Of a stretch of DNA of 64,000 nt, positions 37,534 through 47,711 are shown piece after piece. The notes beneath the pieces were generated by a model, which ran no database searches, was not told the DNA's origin, and was given only the letters and a program-made list of their open reading frames with translations. The stretch lies in the NCBI GenBank assembly GCA_035528795.1, contig DATKXY010000098.1:4215-68214 (forward strand), given 5' to 3'. Position numbers and translations under genes: made by a program. Each line of letters starts with the position of its first letter. Position 1 is the stretch's first letter. This DNA is from an archaeon. Lineage in GTDB: Bacteria; Gemmatimonadota; Glassbacteria; GWA2-58-10.

Positions 37534-38850
37534 TCAGGACTCCTGACTCTTGGCCAATGCCTGTTCGAGATCGGCCAGGATGTCATCCGGATCTTCAAGT
37601 CCCACAGACAGCCTGACAAAATCATCCGTCACACCGCTGGAAAGCCTCTCCTCGGCTGAGAGCTGCTGGTGTGTGGTGCTCGCCGGATGGATGATCAGGC
37701 TTTTGGCGTCGCCGATATTGGCCAGATGGGAAAACAGCTTGACTGAATCGATCAGCCTGGCGCCTGCACTAAGGCCGCCTTTGATACCGAAACCAATGAT
37801 AGCTCCGGATCCATTTTTGAGAAACCTGCCGGCCCGCCGATGATCCGGATGGCTCTCCAGGCCGGGGTAATTCACCCAGGCGACCGCTGGATGCTTTTCC
37901 AGAAAACAGGCCACTTTGAGTGCATTCTCACAGTGCTTTTTCATCCTCAGGGGCAGGGTCTCGAGACCCTGAAGGAAAAGAAAGGCGTTGAACGGGCTGA
38001 TTGCCGGGCCGAGATCCCTGAGCAGCTGCAACCGGGCTTTGATAATGTATGCTATCCCTGGAACAACCGCATCCTTGTGATTACCGAAAGCTTGCCAGTA
38101 GCTCATCCCGTGATAGGAAGGGTCCGGCTCGACCAGCTCAGGGAACTTTCCATTGTCCCAGTTGAATTTTCCGCCATCGACAATCGCCCCGCCGATCGAG
38201 GTGCCGTGGCCGCCGATAAATTTGGTGAGCGAGGCTACCGCAATATCGGCTCCCACTTCGAAAACATTCACTAGCGGCGGGGGACTCACCGTGTTGTCAA
38301 TCACAAAAGGAATCCCGTGCCTGTGGGCCACCTCGCTGATTGCCGGATAATCATCCACGTTGTTTTTGGGGTTGCCGATCGTCTCTGTGTACAGGAGCCT
38401 GGTGTTCTGATCAATGGCCTGCTCGAAGCTGGCAGGGTCCGAGGAATCGACAAACCGGACCTCGATACCCATTTTCTGGAGCGTATAGCGGAAAAGGTTA
38501 TAGGTCCCTCCGTAAATATAGCTCGAGGAAACTATGTTCTGCCCGCATTTGGTGATATTGAGCACCGCCAGAGTGATAGCGGACTGTCCGGAAGCCAGTG
38601 CAAGCGCTCCGGTGCCGCCGTTAATGGCGGCCAGACGTTTTTCCAGAACATCCTGTGTCGGATTCATGATCCGGGTATAAATGTTTCCGAACTCTTTAAG
38701 CGCGAAAAGATTTGCCGCATGTTCAGAGGAACGGAAAACATAGCTCGTGGTCTGATAGATAGGCACAGCACGGGCGCCTGTAGCCGGATCCGGCTCCTGG
38801 CCTGCATGCAAAACCAATGTTTCCAGACCCCTGAGAAAATCACCGCTCAT
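37534..38850 (-). CDS. metY: O-acetylhomoserine aminocarboxypropyltransferase / sulfhydrylase (PLP-dependent)
   Basis: Cys/Met-metabolism PLP fold. [15 protein letters not shown] contains the PLP lysine. The [11 protein letters not shown] tail is present. Confidence 0.9.
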   Translation of the reverse strand: MSGDFLRGLETLVLHAGQEPDPATGARAVPIYQTTSYVFRSSEHAANLFALKEFGNIYTRIMNPTQDVLEKRLAAINGGTGALALASGQSAITLAVLNITKCGQNIVSSSYIYGGTYNLFRYTLQKMGIEVRFVDSSDPASFEQAIDQNTRLLYTETIGNPKNNVDDYPAISEVAHRHGIPFVIDNTVSPPPLVNVFEVGADIAVASLTKFIGGHGTSIGGAIVDGGKFNWDNGKFPELVEPDPSYHGMSYWQAFGNHKDAVVPGIAYIIKARLQLLRDLGPAISPFNAFLFLQGLETLPLRMKKHCENALKVACFLEKHPAVAWVNYPGLESHPDHRRAGRFLKNGSGAIIGFGIKGGLSAGARLIDSVKLFSHLANIGDAKSLIIHPASTTHQQLSAEERLSSGVTDDFVRLSVGLEDPDDILADLEQALAKSQES

Positions 38851-38894
38851 TTAAACTCCTCCTCTCAAGTGGGATTATCACATTTTTGGTAAGC

Positions 38895-39350
38895 CTAGAT
38901 TTCATAATTAAGGTTGAGCTCCGCTCTACGCACGTTCCATCTTTCCATAATATCGCTCAAGGTCGTCCCATCATAAACCAACTCCGTGACCTCTTTCACC
39001 TCCAGCCAGAAATCGTAAAAAGGGCACTGATCTTTTTTTTCACAGACAGCCTGCCCATCATTCGAGCTGACACAAGCTACCGGTGAAATGTCCCCATCCA
39101 CAAAACGCACAACCTCGCCGATAGTTATCAGATCAGGTTTGCGCGCCAAGTAATACCCTCCATCCACCCCACGGCGGCTCTCCACGAATCCGCCCTGGCG
39201 CAGCTCGTTCAAAATAACCTCGAGAAACCGCTTGGGAATTTTCTGCCTGGAAGCGACCAGCGCGATTTTAACCGGATGTGACCGCTGGTAATGGATCGCC
39301 AGCTCGTAAAGAGCTTTCAGGGCATAGTAACATTTATTTGAAATCTGCAT
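38895..39350 (-). CDS. Rrf2-family transcriptional regulator
   Basis: MQISNKCYYALKALYELA wHTH opening. Cys cluster CVSSNDGQAVCEKKDQC suggests an Fe-S ligand set. It is the first gene of the met operon. Confidence 0.85.
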   Translation of the reverse strand: MQISNKCYYALKALYELAIHYQRSHPVKIALVASRQKIPKRFLEVILNELRQGGFVESRRGVDGGYYLARKPDLITIGEVVRFVDGDISPVACVSSNDGQAVCEKKDQCPFYDFWLEVKEVTELVYDGTTLSDIMERWNVRRAELNLNYEI

Positions 39351-39839
39351 TTTTGATTTGGAAAAATTTATTGTTCATTAAATCAATCGGAATAATGTAC
39401 ATAATATTTTCTTTTTCCCTCTCTGTCAAGACAAAATTTAAGCTTGCTTGGAATTTCTTTTATCCGCCTGGATGAGCGTCTAACAGCGCAAAAGAAACGC
39501 TTTTTGCGGCAGCCATAGAGGATTCAAAGATCATTATTCTGATAAAATCCACACCCTTTAGACTTCTGAAAAATAGAGGCAAGGAGAATGTATAGAGATG
39601 AGTGTATCATGCTGACGGTGGTAAAGGCTTAGTAGAATACGGTGTGGTATAGGTTAAAAAAGCATACTAAGTCGAAGAGCGCTTATCAGGAATCAGTATT
39701 GGGATAAATAATTTTAATTTTTTCCTTGCGTGAGAAGCTCTAACAATAGATTATTTTATTAGTAAATTTCTTTTCAAAGAGGCATCGGATTCATCGGGAA
39801 GATTACATCTTCAAGAGAGATATCCCCCTGGAGGCTAAT

Positions 39840-41300
39840 ATGCATTCTGCTGAGGGGCATGATACTCCAGTAACTCAGAGTGATGCTAAACAAGCTTTTA
39901 AAGCAATATTCAGGAATAATATTTTAATTGGGAGCGAAGAGATACTTTCATCACAGATTGAAAAAATCGCTAAGGAAGGTTCTGATGATATAGATAAACA
40001 AAAAAAGGCTATTGCCAAGTATCAACAAGTGTTAAAAGAGCTAAGGATAAGGTTTGGAACCTTACTTAAAATGGATAATGTGTCCTTTCTTCTAGGAGCT
40101 GGATGCTCTATAGATGCAGGGGGTGTGTCCTTATGTTCTATTCCCTTAACTGTAGAAAAATCTATTTTAGAAAAAGGTTTTAAAAATGGTTCTCCTCTGC
40201 CATGGCTTCTACTTTTTTACGATCTAATTGATTATCTTACCGAATGTCCGAAATACCAGCCCAAAGATAGATTAAACTCGATTCAGAACCTCGAAGAGAA
40301 AGCAGAACCAAATATAAGTATAAAAGCAAATTTCGAACAATTTCTCTCGACTCTTTTTACAATCGTTGCTAGTACTATCGGAAACGAGATAACAATTTCC
40401 TTTAGTGAAGAAAAAAAGATTAGTATAAAACGTAATAATTTAAAAACCTTGATTGAACATTTGAAGGGAAGTCTTGTTTTAACTTGCAATCTCCCCACTC
40501 CAGAGTTAAAAGATTCCCTCATTATTCAGCGCCAAATGCTCAAGAAGTTGTTAACAAGGCCCCTTAATTTGCGGCGTGTTAATCTTTTCACACTCAACTA
40601 CGATACCCTTTTTGAACAGGCCGCTGACGATGTGGGGATTGTGTTGATTGACGGGTTTATTGGCTCATTGAAGAGGGTTTTTAGACCTGAGTCATTTGAC
40701 CAAGACCTCTACTTTCCTGCGCAGACAACAGAAGGTAATGTTCGAAGACTCGACCGTGTAATACATTTGTACAAGTTGCACGGTTCGATTTCATGGCATC
40801 GAGAAGAGCCAAAATGGGAAAATCCATATGGGTTATTTGCGACATTAGTTCAGCAGGATTATCCACAAAAAGATGTTGTGATATATCCTACTCCCCTGAA
40901 ACATGGACAAGTCTTAGGATTCCCTTACTCTGAAATGTTCCGAAGGTTTGCCTCAGCAATAGTTCAGCCCCAATCTGCACTGTTCGTCATTGGATATGGA
41001 TTTGGGGATGAGCATGTTATTGCCTTGATTAGACAGGCCTTATCTATTCCAAGTTTTACATTGGTAATTATTGATCCAAATCCGCAAAGTGCATTTGTGA
41101 AACAACTTGAAAAACAGCAAGATCAACGTGTGTGGATAGTGAAAGGTGATAGTTTAGGGACATTTTCGGGTTTTGTTAAATATCTCCTTCCTGATTTGCA
41201 AGAAGAAAAAATTATTGAAGCAGTGATGAAAACCTATAATGCCCTTAGTCCATCTAACATAGAAAAATCCACCCCTTCAAGTGATAACCCCGATGAGTAA
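39840..41300 (+). CDS. SIR2-family (SIR2_2-type) protein, effector component of a SIR2-HerA defence pair
   Basis: The series FLLGAGCSIDAGG, LFTLNYDTLFEQA, LYKLHGSISW and FVIGYGFGDEHV is the motif order I recognise for defence-type SIR2_2 domains. AT-rich gene. Confidence 0.75.
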   Translation: MHSAEGHDTPVTQSDAKQAFKAIFRNNILIGSEEILSSQIEKIAKEGSDDIDKQKKAIAKYQQVLKELRIRFGTLLKMDNVSFLLGAGCSIDAGGVSLCSIPLTVEKSILEKGFKNGSPLPWLLLFYDLIDYLTECPKYQPKDRLNSIQNLEEKAEPNISIKANFEQFLSTLFTIVASTIGNEITISFSEEKKISIKRNNLKTLIEHLKGSLVLTCNLPTPELKDSLIIQRQMLKKLLTRPLNLRRVNLFTLNYDTLFEQAADDVGIVLIDGFIGSLKRVFRPESFDQDLYFPAQTTEGNVRRLDRVIHLYKLHGSISWHREEPKWENPYGLFATLVQQDYPQKDVVIYPTPLKHGQVLGFPYSEMFRRFASAIVQPQSALFVIGYGFGDEHVIALIRQALSIPSFTLVIIDPNPQSAFVKQLEKQQDQRVWIVKGDSLGTFSGFVKYLLPDLQEEKIIEAVMKTYNALSPSNIEKSTPSSDNPDE

Positions 41301-43494
41301 TGATTTTGAAATTGGTCGGGTGGTTGCTATCGATACATCTCAGGTAACAATAGAGTTAAATCCTGACCTGAAAGCACTCACCCGCTCAACTTATGAAAGC
41401 ACTACTGAGATAGGACGCATTAACTCCTATGTAATCATTCCCGTAGGTGCCAGAAGAATTGTAGCAATGGTTACAAGAGTTGTGATGATGGAAGAGGCTG
41501 AAATTCGGACCGATAAAACAATGGTGACCCTTCCTTCAGCGCGGCGAATTATGAAGGCCACAATGATCGGAACTATTGACGGGGAAGAATTCACCCAAGG
41601 CATAGGGCTTTTCCCAGTTCTCGACTCACCTGTGTTAGTAGCAACAAAAAGTGACTTAGAAGCGATATTTGGCAAAAAAGAACACATAAGTAAGCCACCT
41701 GAACCAGAAAAACCTGGCTATTGTATTCCTATTGGTGAATCTGTTGTTTTCCCTGATTATCAAATCAAAATAAATCCTGATGTTTTTTTCGGAAAGCACT
41801 CAGCGATTATCGGCAGCACTGGATCAGGCAAGTCTTGCACGATAGCAACAATTATCCAATCAATAATTCTGAACAAGGAAGTCAAAAGTACCAGATTTAT
41901 TATTCTGGATACCAATGGAGAGTATAGAACAGCTTTCCAGAGAGAGAAACAAAATGATGAATGGGAAGATGATGATCCAAGGTTTCGTTGTCTTTATATT
42001 CCAACCGATCCCGTCAAAACGAAAGATAAACTTGTTATACCATATTGGTTTATGAACTCAGATGATTTTGTTCGATTATTTAGGGCAAAAGAAGGCTTAC
42101 AAGCGCCAGTTCTCCTTAGAGCTCTTAGATTATCCAGATCAAAAATTGCTGGAAAACCTGGAATATTAACCACGATAGAAGTATTGAGAATTTCTTGTAC
42201 TCAAATCATGGCTCACACCCAAAATGATACACCAACACAACAGTGGGCTATAGCAAAAAACATTTATGAGTGTTGTGAAGATTCTCTTAGATACAGAGAA
42301 GTATTTCCGGAAAATGTAAAAAACTTGGACAAAGCGTATGGTACTGATTTTTTTCTTGATTACGAAAATGCGATTAAACAGATTCAGAAAATTGCTCAAG
42401 AAGTATATGCCCCGGATGGGAAAAAAACTAACCAATCTCTTGGTGCTACTAGAATTCAACAAATACAAAACTTTATTAATCCAGTAATTGATGCACTTAA
42501 TAAAAAAATAACCAACGAACCTACTGGGGTTCCAGAAGTATCCTCGGATCAACCAATATTTTTTGATTGCCACTCATTTTTAGAAAGAAGTCTTGAAACT
42601 GCTATGCGGGAGGAAGCTGAATCAGGAAGTCCAGGGAGAATTCGTGACGCTTGTGGTCCTATGTTCTTACGCATAAGGCGATTTTTTGAAGATCCTAGAT
42701 TCAAGTTCCTTTTTGGTCAATTTCCGAATGCTATTTACGTTCTTGCATCTTTCCTTCGTGATATTCTTGGATTATTGCCTGGAGATAATAATCTCTCTTC
42801 TTACGAAAATGTAAAGAAAGAGGTTCTTCCCTTTTATGACCGTCAGAGATCGAATATTGAAAAATCTTTTAATGTAGTAGTCATAGACCTAAGTTTGCTT
42901 GCAGCCGAGGTTCTTGAAAATGTTACAGCCTTAATTGGGCGTTTGATATTGGAATTTTTACAGAGATTAGGAGATAAAAACATCAGTGGTTTTGACAGAG
43001 GTTCTTTTCCAGTAGTGTTAGTTCTCGAAGAAGCTCAAAATTACATCAGAGAATCAAGAGGGATAGAAGAGAAATCAATTTCGAGAGAGGTTTTCGAAAG
43101 GATTGCTCGTGAGGGTCGCAAGTATGGATTAGGCCTCGTGGTAGCTTCACAACGGCCAAGTGAATTATCTAAGACTGTGCTTTCGCAGTGCAATAGCTTT
43201 ATTGTTCATAGACTTCAAAATCCCGAGGATCTTAAATACTTTAGAGAGATTGTCCCAGGTATTTATGACCAATTGTTGAACCAGTTACCAGCTCTTGCAC
43301 CTCGCCATGCTTTGATTCTTGGTGAAAGTGTTCAAGCCCCTGCTCTGGTTTATATGAGAGAGTCTAATCCAATTCCGAGAAGTAAAGATCCGAAATTTTA
43401 CAAGCAATGGGTAGCGGACAAGCCTGAAATGCCTAATGTTGAAGCGATATGCCATAAGTGGGAGGGTAAGGATAGCCAAAAAAAAGAATCTTAA
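41293..43494 (+). CDS. HerA/FtsK-like (DUF87) ATPase, partner of the SIR2 protein
   Basis: Walker A AIIGSTGSGKSC, Walker B VVLVLEEAQNYI, then REGRKYGLGLVVASQRPSELSKTVLSQCNSFIVHRL. The ATG at 41293 overlaps the SIR2 stop by 8 nt. A GTG at 41281 is also possible. Confidence 0.8.
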   Translation: MSNDFEIGRVVAIDTSQVTIELNPDLKALTRSTYESTTEIGRINSYVIIPVGARRIVAMVTRVVMMEEAEIRTDKTMVTLPSARRIMKATMIGTIDGEEFTQGIGLFPVLDSPVLVATKSDLEAIFGKKEHISKPPEPEKPGYCIPIGESVVFPDYQIKINPDVFFGKHSAIIGSTGSGKSCTIATIIQSIILNKEVKSTRFIILDTNGEYRTAFQREKQNDEWEDDDPRFRCLYIPTDPVKTKDKLVIPYWFMNSDDFVRLFRAKEGLQAPVLLRALRLSRSKIAGKPGILTTIEVLRISCTQIMAHTQNDTPTQQWAIAKNIYECCEDSLRYREVFPENVKNLDKAYGTDFFLDYENAIKQIQKIAQEVYAPDGKKTNQSLGATRIQQIQNFINPVIDALNKKITNEPTGVPEVSSDQPIFFDCHSFLERSLETAMREEAESGSPGRIRDACGPMFLRIRRFFEDPRFKFLFGQFPNAIYVLASFLRDILGLLPGDNNLSSYENVKKEVLPFYDRQRSNIEKSFNVVVIDLSLLAAEVLENVTALIGRLILEFLQRLGDKNISGFDRGSFPVVLVLEEAQNYIRESRGIEEKSISREVFERIAREGRKYGLGLVVASQRPSELSKTVLSQCNSFIVHRLQNPEDLKYFREIVPGIYDQLLNQLPALAPRHALILGESVQAPALVYMRESNPIPRSKDPKFYKQWVADKPEMPNVEAICHKWEGKDSQKKES

Positions 43495-43839
43495 ATTATA
43501 TTTAAATTCCCTTTCTTCTTCTTCTATTTTTCACTTTAGTAATATCTCGGAAACCTCGCCTTTATCAATGTTAACTGCTACAATCCCTGATCCCTTTTCA
43601 AGCTGGGCAAGAATATACTAAAGTAAAGTGAAAAATAAGGCAGGAATAGCCTCAGTGCTCCAGGCCTAAGAGTCCAGGTAATTTTCCCTGTTCGCTGGAG
43701 CCCGGTGGACGAACACTCTCTCAGGCCGGAAAAAATCGCAGTCACGGCCCATTACCCTGCCAGGTATTTCTCTTCCTTGCTCGAATTAACATATGTTATC
43801 TGGGGAATCCAGCTTTTTTTGTCCGAAATTCAGGAATTT

Positions 43840-45585
43840 TCAAAAACTGGAAGCCTTTAACTCTTTGCCCGAGATCTGGAAAATCCTGGATAATGGAGGA
43901 TGGACAAAGAAATTTGCATTTTTAACATCAACTATCACTTCTCCGTCAACATTACCGGTGTCCAGGTTGACAGCAACAACACCACATTCCTCCTTCACTT
44001 TGGTCATTATGTACATATGATTCATTCCAGCAGACTTGAGGGAATATCTTTTACCACTACTACCAAAAAAATCTGTATTTTCCAATTTTTCATATGCACC
44101 AGCTCTAACCCCTGAACCTGCAAAACCGCTTAAAGCGCCTACAATAGCGCCTTCCAAGGCTGCTTTGCCCAGTCCCGCCCAAAACGATTCGTGGATTTCG
44201 AATTGTTCAAGAGACAAATTCCATTTTATCTCCCCGCTGGAAGTATCAATCAAACACACTTCCTGTGTTCCCATAACCGAGAGCCCGCTTTCCCTGATCT
44301 CCATTCTGGAGATATATTCCTTGAAGCTATCCAAAGAGGTCCTGCATATCTCTTTTCCATTCTCTTCAGCTACGAGAAACAGGCTGTCTCCAGCTAGCAG
44401 AGCAAGCTGGCTTTCAAGATAAAATAATCTTTGTGGAGAGCCGTTGAAGATAAATGGCGCTTCCCAGATTAAATTGCAATCAATCAGGCTGATATTAGAT
44501 AGATAATCTTCTCCAACAACATAAACATTATTCTCTCCGAATAAAGCTATAGAAAATCTTTTGCTATCATTTGGGAAAATCCATTTTAGCATGCCGCTAT
44601 TCCTATCAAACGCAGAGATTCTTTGATCTGCCACTAAATAAATAATATTTTCTTTCACAAAAAATTTATCCGGTTCGTTGGAGAATTTTATCGGCTCTTC
44701 CCAAAGCAAAGTCCCATCCGATAACCGGACAGCGTTTATAAAATCTCTTCCTTTGATATAGATGATGCCCTCATCAGCAGGATCATATTTATAAATTGAG
44801 AATGATTCATCATTATAAGAGGAAATCCACTTTGTACTTCCATGTATCTTATCGATAGCATAAAGTGATTTGGAAGATATTATATAAATACAGTTATTTC
44901 CATTATAATAATCCTGCGAAAATGATTTATTACAAAACCAATCAATTTGTCCTGTCTCGAGATCCAGCTTCCAGGGCTTATTGTAAACGAAATAAGCCGC
45001 TCTGTCTTCAATTGTCATACAAGCTGCAACATCAATAGGAAATGTCACCAGACCATATTTCGCTCCATGAACAAAAGATTTTTTAATCCCTTTATCCGGT
45101 ACAAAATCCTGGAAGGTTTTAATTTCGCCGGTCTTTAAATCATATGTAGTTAAAAAAATGTTTTTCATTTCCTGATCTTGTAAAATAAAACAACCTTTCC
45201 CGGTAGAATCAGGATATTTGAAGGATATCATTCTCCCTTCCAAGGGATCGGACTTAAGTATTTCCTTGCCATTCTCAATGTCTATAAAAGATACGGTTGT
45301 TGAAAAGCCCTTGCGTGAGAATATAGTTAATACAGGTATGTTTGGACGCCATAAGATACTGTCCACAGCATAAATATTCTCTTTTTTAAAAATAATATCC
45401 CCTGTATTTGAATCCACCAGGTAAAAATCCATTTTATCAGTAAGTAAAAGGTTTCCGGATTGGTTAATTTTCGTCCAACAGATATCCTCCCGGCATTTAA
45501 TCGTCCATAAGGAATCCGCAGCCGCAACAAAGGATGACACTTTTATCAGGAAGCATAGTGTTATTATTATCATTCTGTACATCAT
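43840..45585 (-). CDS. Secreted PQQ-like / BamB-like beta-propeller repeat protein
   Basis: Start at 45585 (GGAGGAG 4 nt upstream) gives the signal peptide MMYRMIIITLCFLIKVSSFVAAA. It has at least 8 repeats of the ..D..TG...W type (VDSNTGDIIF, DLKTGEIKTF, DLETGQIDWF, IDKIHGSTKW, LSDGTLLW, DRNSGMLKW, DTSSGEIKW, LDTGNVDG). Confidence 0.6.
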   Translation of the reverse strand: MMYRMIIITLCFLIKVSSFVAAADSLWTIKCREDICWTKINQSGNLLLTDKMDFYLVDSNTGDIIFKKENIYAVDSILWRPNIPVLTIFSRKGFSTTVSFIDIENGKEILKSDPLEGRMISFKYPDSTGKGCFILQDQEMKNIFLTTYDLKTGEIKTFQDFVPDKGIKKSFVHGAKYGLVTFPIDVAACMTIEDRAAYFVYNKPWKLDLETGQIDWFCNKSFSQDYYNGNNCIYIISSKSLYAIDKIHGSTKWISSYNDESFSIYKYDPADEGIIYIKGRDFINAVRLSDGTLLWEEPIKFSNEPDKFFVKENIIYLVADQRISAFDRNSGMLKWIFPNDSKRFSIALFGENNVYVVGEDYLSNISLIDCNLIWEAPFIFNGSPQRLFYLESQLALLAGDSLFLVAEENGKEICRTSLDSFKEYISRMEIRESGLSVMGTQEVCLIDTSSGEIKWNLSLEQFEIHESFWAGLGKAALEGAIVGALSGFAGSGVRAGAYEKLENTDFFGSSGKRYSLKSAGMNHMYIMTKVKEECGVVAVNLDTGNVDGEVIVDVKNANFFVHPPLSRIFQISGKELKASSF

Positions 45586-45646
45586 TTTACTCCTCCAGCA
45601 GAGAGGATAGAACTTATATGATAAAACTGAAACCGACATTTAACAT

Positions 45647-45836
45647 ATCAAAGTTGAAACCGTAAAAAATAGCCTTCTTTTTCGATTCTTAGCGAAAACT
45701 TTCTTTCTTTCTTTCGAGCTTTAATCGAGAGATTTCTATCGTTTCGGCGATAAATTATTACTCCTCATCCATTGTTAATACAGGATAAAAAATCTTTTTA
45801 CTCGTCTCTCCTTCCTTGTAAATGGTTACTGGAAAA
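45647..45836 (-). repeat. Upstream (leader/promoter) repeat, copy 1, about 190 bp
   Basis: Aligns by eye with 46867-47050. Shared blocks are AGCCTTCTTTT.GATTCTTAGCGAAA, TTTCGAGCTTTAATCGAGAGATTTCTATC, and GGATAAAAAATCTTTTTACTCGTCTCTCCTTC...TAAATGGTTACTGGAAAA. Begins 62 nt upstream of the start at 45585. Confidence 0.85.
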
Positions 45837-45996
45837 GTAGAAAGTGGAAGCCCAGTAAATCAGCACATATCTAGGGTCAGGGCATGCCCTCTCCCAGGTT
45901 TTGCAGTGATTTTATATGAAAATCTCATCTGGAAAGAAGAGCCTGTTTGCCGCACTCATTCCAGAAACAAAGAGAAAGAAATCTCGTGCTGCCGCG

Positions 45997-46812
45997 TCAA
46001 TGATTGGATTCACTAAGTGTATCGACAGGGCAATACACACGGGGAAGGTGAAATGTAGGACCACCAACTAATGTGGCTGTAATTTCTATTTCTTCCCCTT
46101 GACAGAGCTTTGCCCGAACATACACACCTTCTCTATCATTGTTACGTAAAATAATTGTTTTCGGGGAAACGGTTCCCCGAATGTTATCTCTAATGCTCAA
46201 TGTGTTTGGATCCAGAAGACTGAAAGTTGTTTCGCCAAAGCTAATGCTGTTATTAGCTTTTACTTCCACCATGCCATTGAGGCGAAACTCCAAAACTTCG
46301 ACTCCGATGCCAGGTTCCATGTCTACCAAACATGGAACACCGCTGCTTAGGATCCAGGGAGATCTACACAGATCGATTACGAGGAGACGGCTCTTTACTG
46401 CGTCTTGGACTGGCGTATCATCCACATTTTCAGAGATCTTCCTCAAGAGCTCCTCGTCGGTTAGCTGCCCAGTGGCAACCACACGGACAACCGATGCACT
46501 ATCTGTCATCGCGATCTCAGCAAGAAGCGACTGATCTGTAAGCTTTTTTACGGCAGCCTCGCGTACGGCATCGGCCTTGTCAGCCCTGGCAATTGAGCCC
46601 AGGACGCCCTGATCATCTATAAGTGCCGTAGCCTCAGCTCTTACCAGGGCATCAGGATTATTCCTGGCGATATCCTGAAGCTTCGCACAGTCCTTCTGTT
46701 TGCCAGCATCACAATTCTTAGCCAGCTTTGCGAGATCCGTTTTGGCCAAGCCAGGCATAATCCACAATGTAAGAATGATAAAAATAATTTTGAACATGAT
46801 TTTAAACATCAT
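45997..46812 (-). CDS. Secreted HEAT/PBS-lyase-like repeat protein with a C-terminal beta-rich domain
   Basis: Signal peptide MMFKIMFKIIFIILTLWIMPGLA. Repeats of the D..VR..A...L.DQ..L..IA type (DALVRAEATALIDDQGVLGSIA, DAVREAAVKKLTDQSLLAEIA, SVVRVVATGQLTDEELLRKIS). Confidence 0.55.
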   Translation of the reverse strand: MMFKIMFKIIFIILTLWIMPGLAKTDLAKLAKNCDAGKQKDCAKLQDIARNNPDALVRAEATALIDDQGVLGSIARADKADAVREAAVKKLTDQSLLAEIAMTDSASVVRVVATGQLTDEELLRKISENVDDTPVQDAVKSRLLVIDLCRSPWILSSGVPCLVDMEPGIGVEVLEFRLNGMVEVKANNSISFGETTFSLLDPNTLSIRDNIRGTVSPKTIILRNNDREGVYVRAKLCQGEEIEITATLVGGPTFHLPRVYCPVDTLSESNH

Positions 46813-46866
46813 GTACTTATCTCCGTTCTCCTTGAGTCTAACAATGTTCTACCCGCTATTTCTCAG

Positions 46867-47050
46867 ATCAAAATTGAAACAGGGAACGAGAGCCTTCTTT
46901 TCAATTCTTAGCGAAATCTTTTGTCCTTTCGAGCTTTAATCGAGAGATTTCTATCTTTCTGGATAAATTATCCTTCCTCATCAATGTTGAAAAAAGGATA
47001 AAAAATCTTTTTTACTCGTCTCTCCTTCATTATAAATGGTTACTGGAAAA
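46867..47050 (-). repeat. Upstream (leader/promoter) repeat, copy 2
   Basis: Paralogous to 45647-45836. Begins 55 nt upstream of the start at 46812. Confidence 0.85.
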
Positions 47051-47711
47051 TGACCTGAACTATGAATATTTAATTTATGTTAAAATATTATGGTATTTGT
47101 CAAGAAAAAAATCAAATTAATTAAAAAATATTTAGACATCTGTCAAATTTGATAAGAATTTGTAAAATTTTTTCTCTGATGCGCGGATCATACAGCATAT
47201 TCTTGACCATCATCTTGCTCATTTCCCGGATAGCCAAGGCTTGCCAGCTTTTTCCGGTCATCAATCCACCTCAAACGACCTCATCATATTGGCAATGCAG
47301 CCCTTATATTCAGGAATATCCTCTTTCCTGAGCATCGACCCGACAGCCTTGTCAGCGGCTTTCTTGTGATTTCCCATAATCCTTGTGGTTTACTTTCAAA
47401 ACCCATACAGAGAAAGACATTATTGTCCCTGCGCTGATAAATAAGGAAAGCAGCCGCTATTCCATTACCCAAAACACCCGGCTCTATGCATTGCTAGTGA
47501 TCAAGAACTTACAGCAAGCCGGGAATTAAGTTCTGACGGTCAGGTCTGATAACCAGCTCTTGAGGAGGACTTTTCAGGTTCTGCTGCTCTTTTAGCCGGC
47601 CCTTGGCCGGATTGACAAATCCTGGTACGTTTTTTATGTAAAAAGAACCATACTTGACCGGGTCACAACGTGCGACCGGAACAGGGAGGCTGGAAATTAC
47701 ATTGTTAGAAA

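Noticed and set aside
47149-47472. Possible toxin-antitoxin pair (minus strand). It consists of a RelE/HigB-like C-terminal piece ...IAAAFLIYQRRDNNVFLCMGFESK, plus small overlapping ORFs MGNHKKAADKAVGSMLRKEDIPEYKGCIANMMRSFEVD and MTGKSWQALAIREMSKMMVKNML...
   Set aside because: Only short fragments are present in different frames, with no complete toxin fold and no confident family match by eye. I treat it as probable debris, not a functional TA system.
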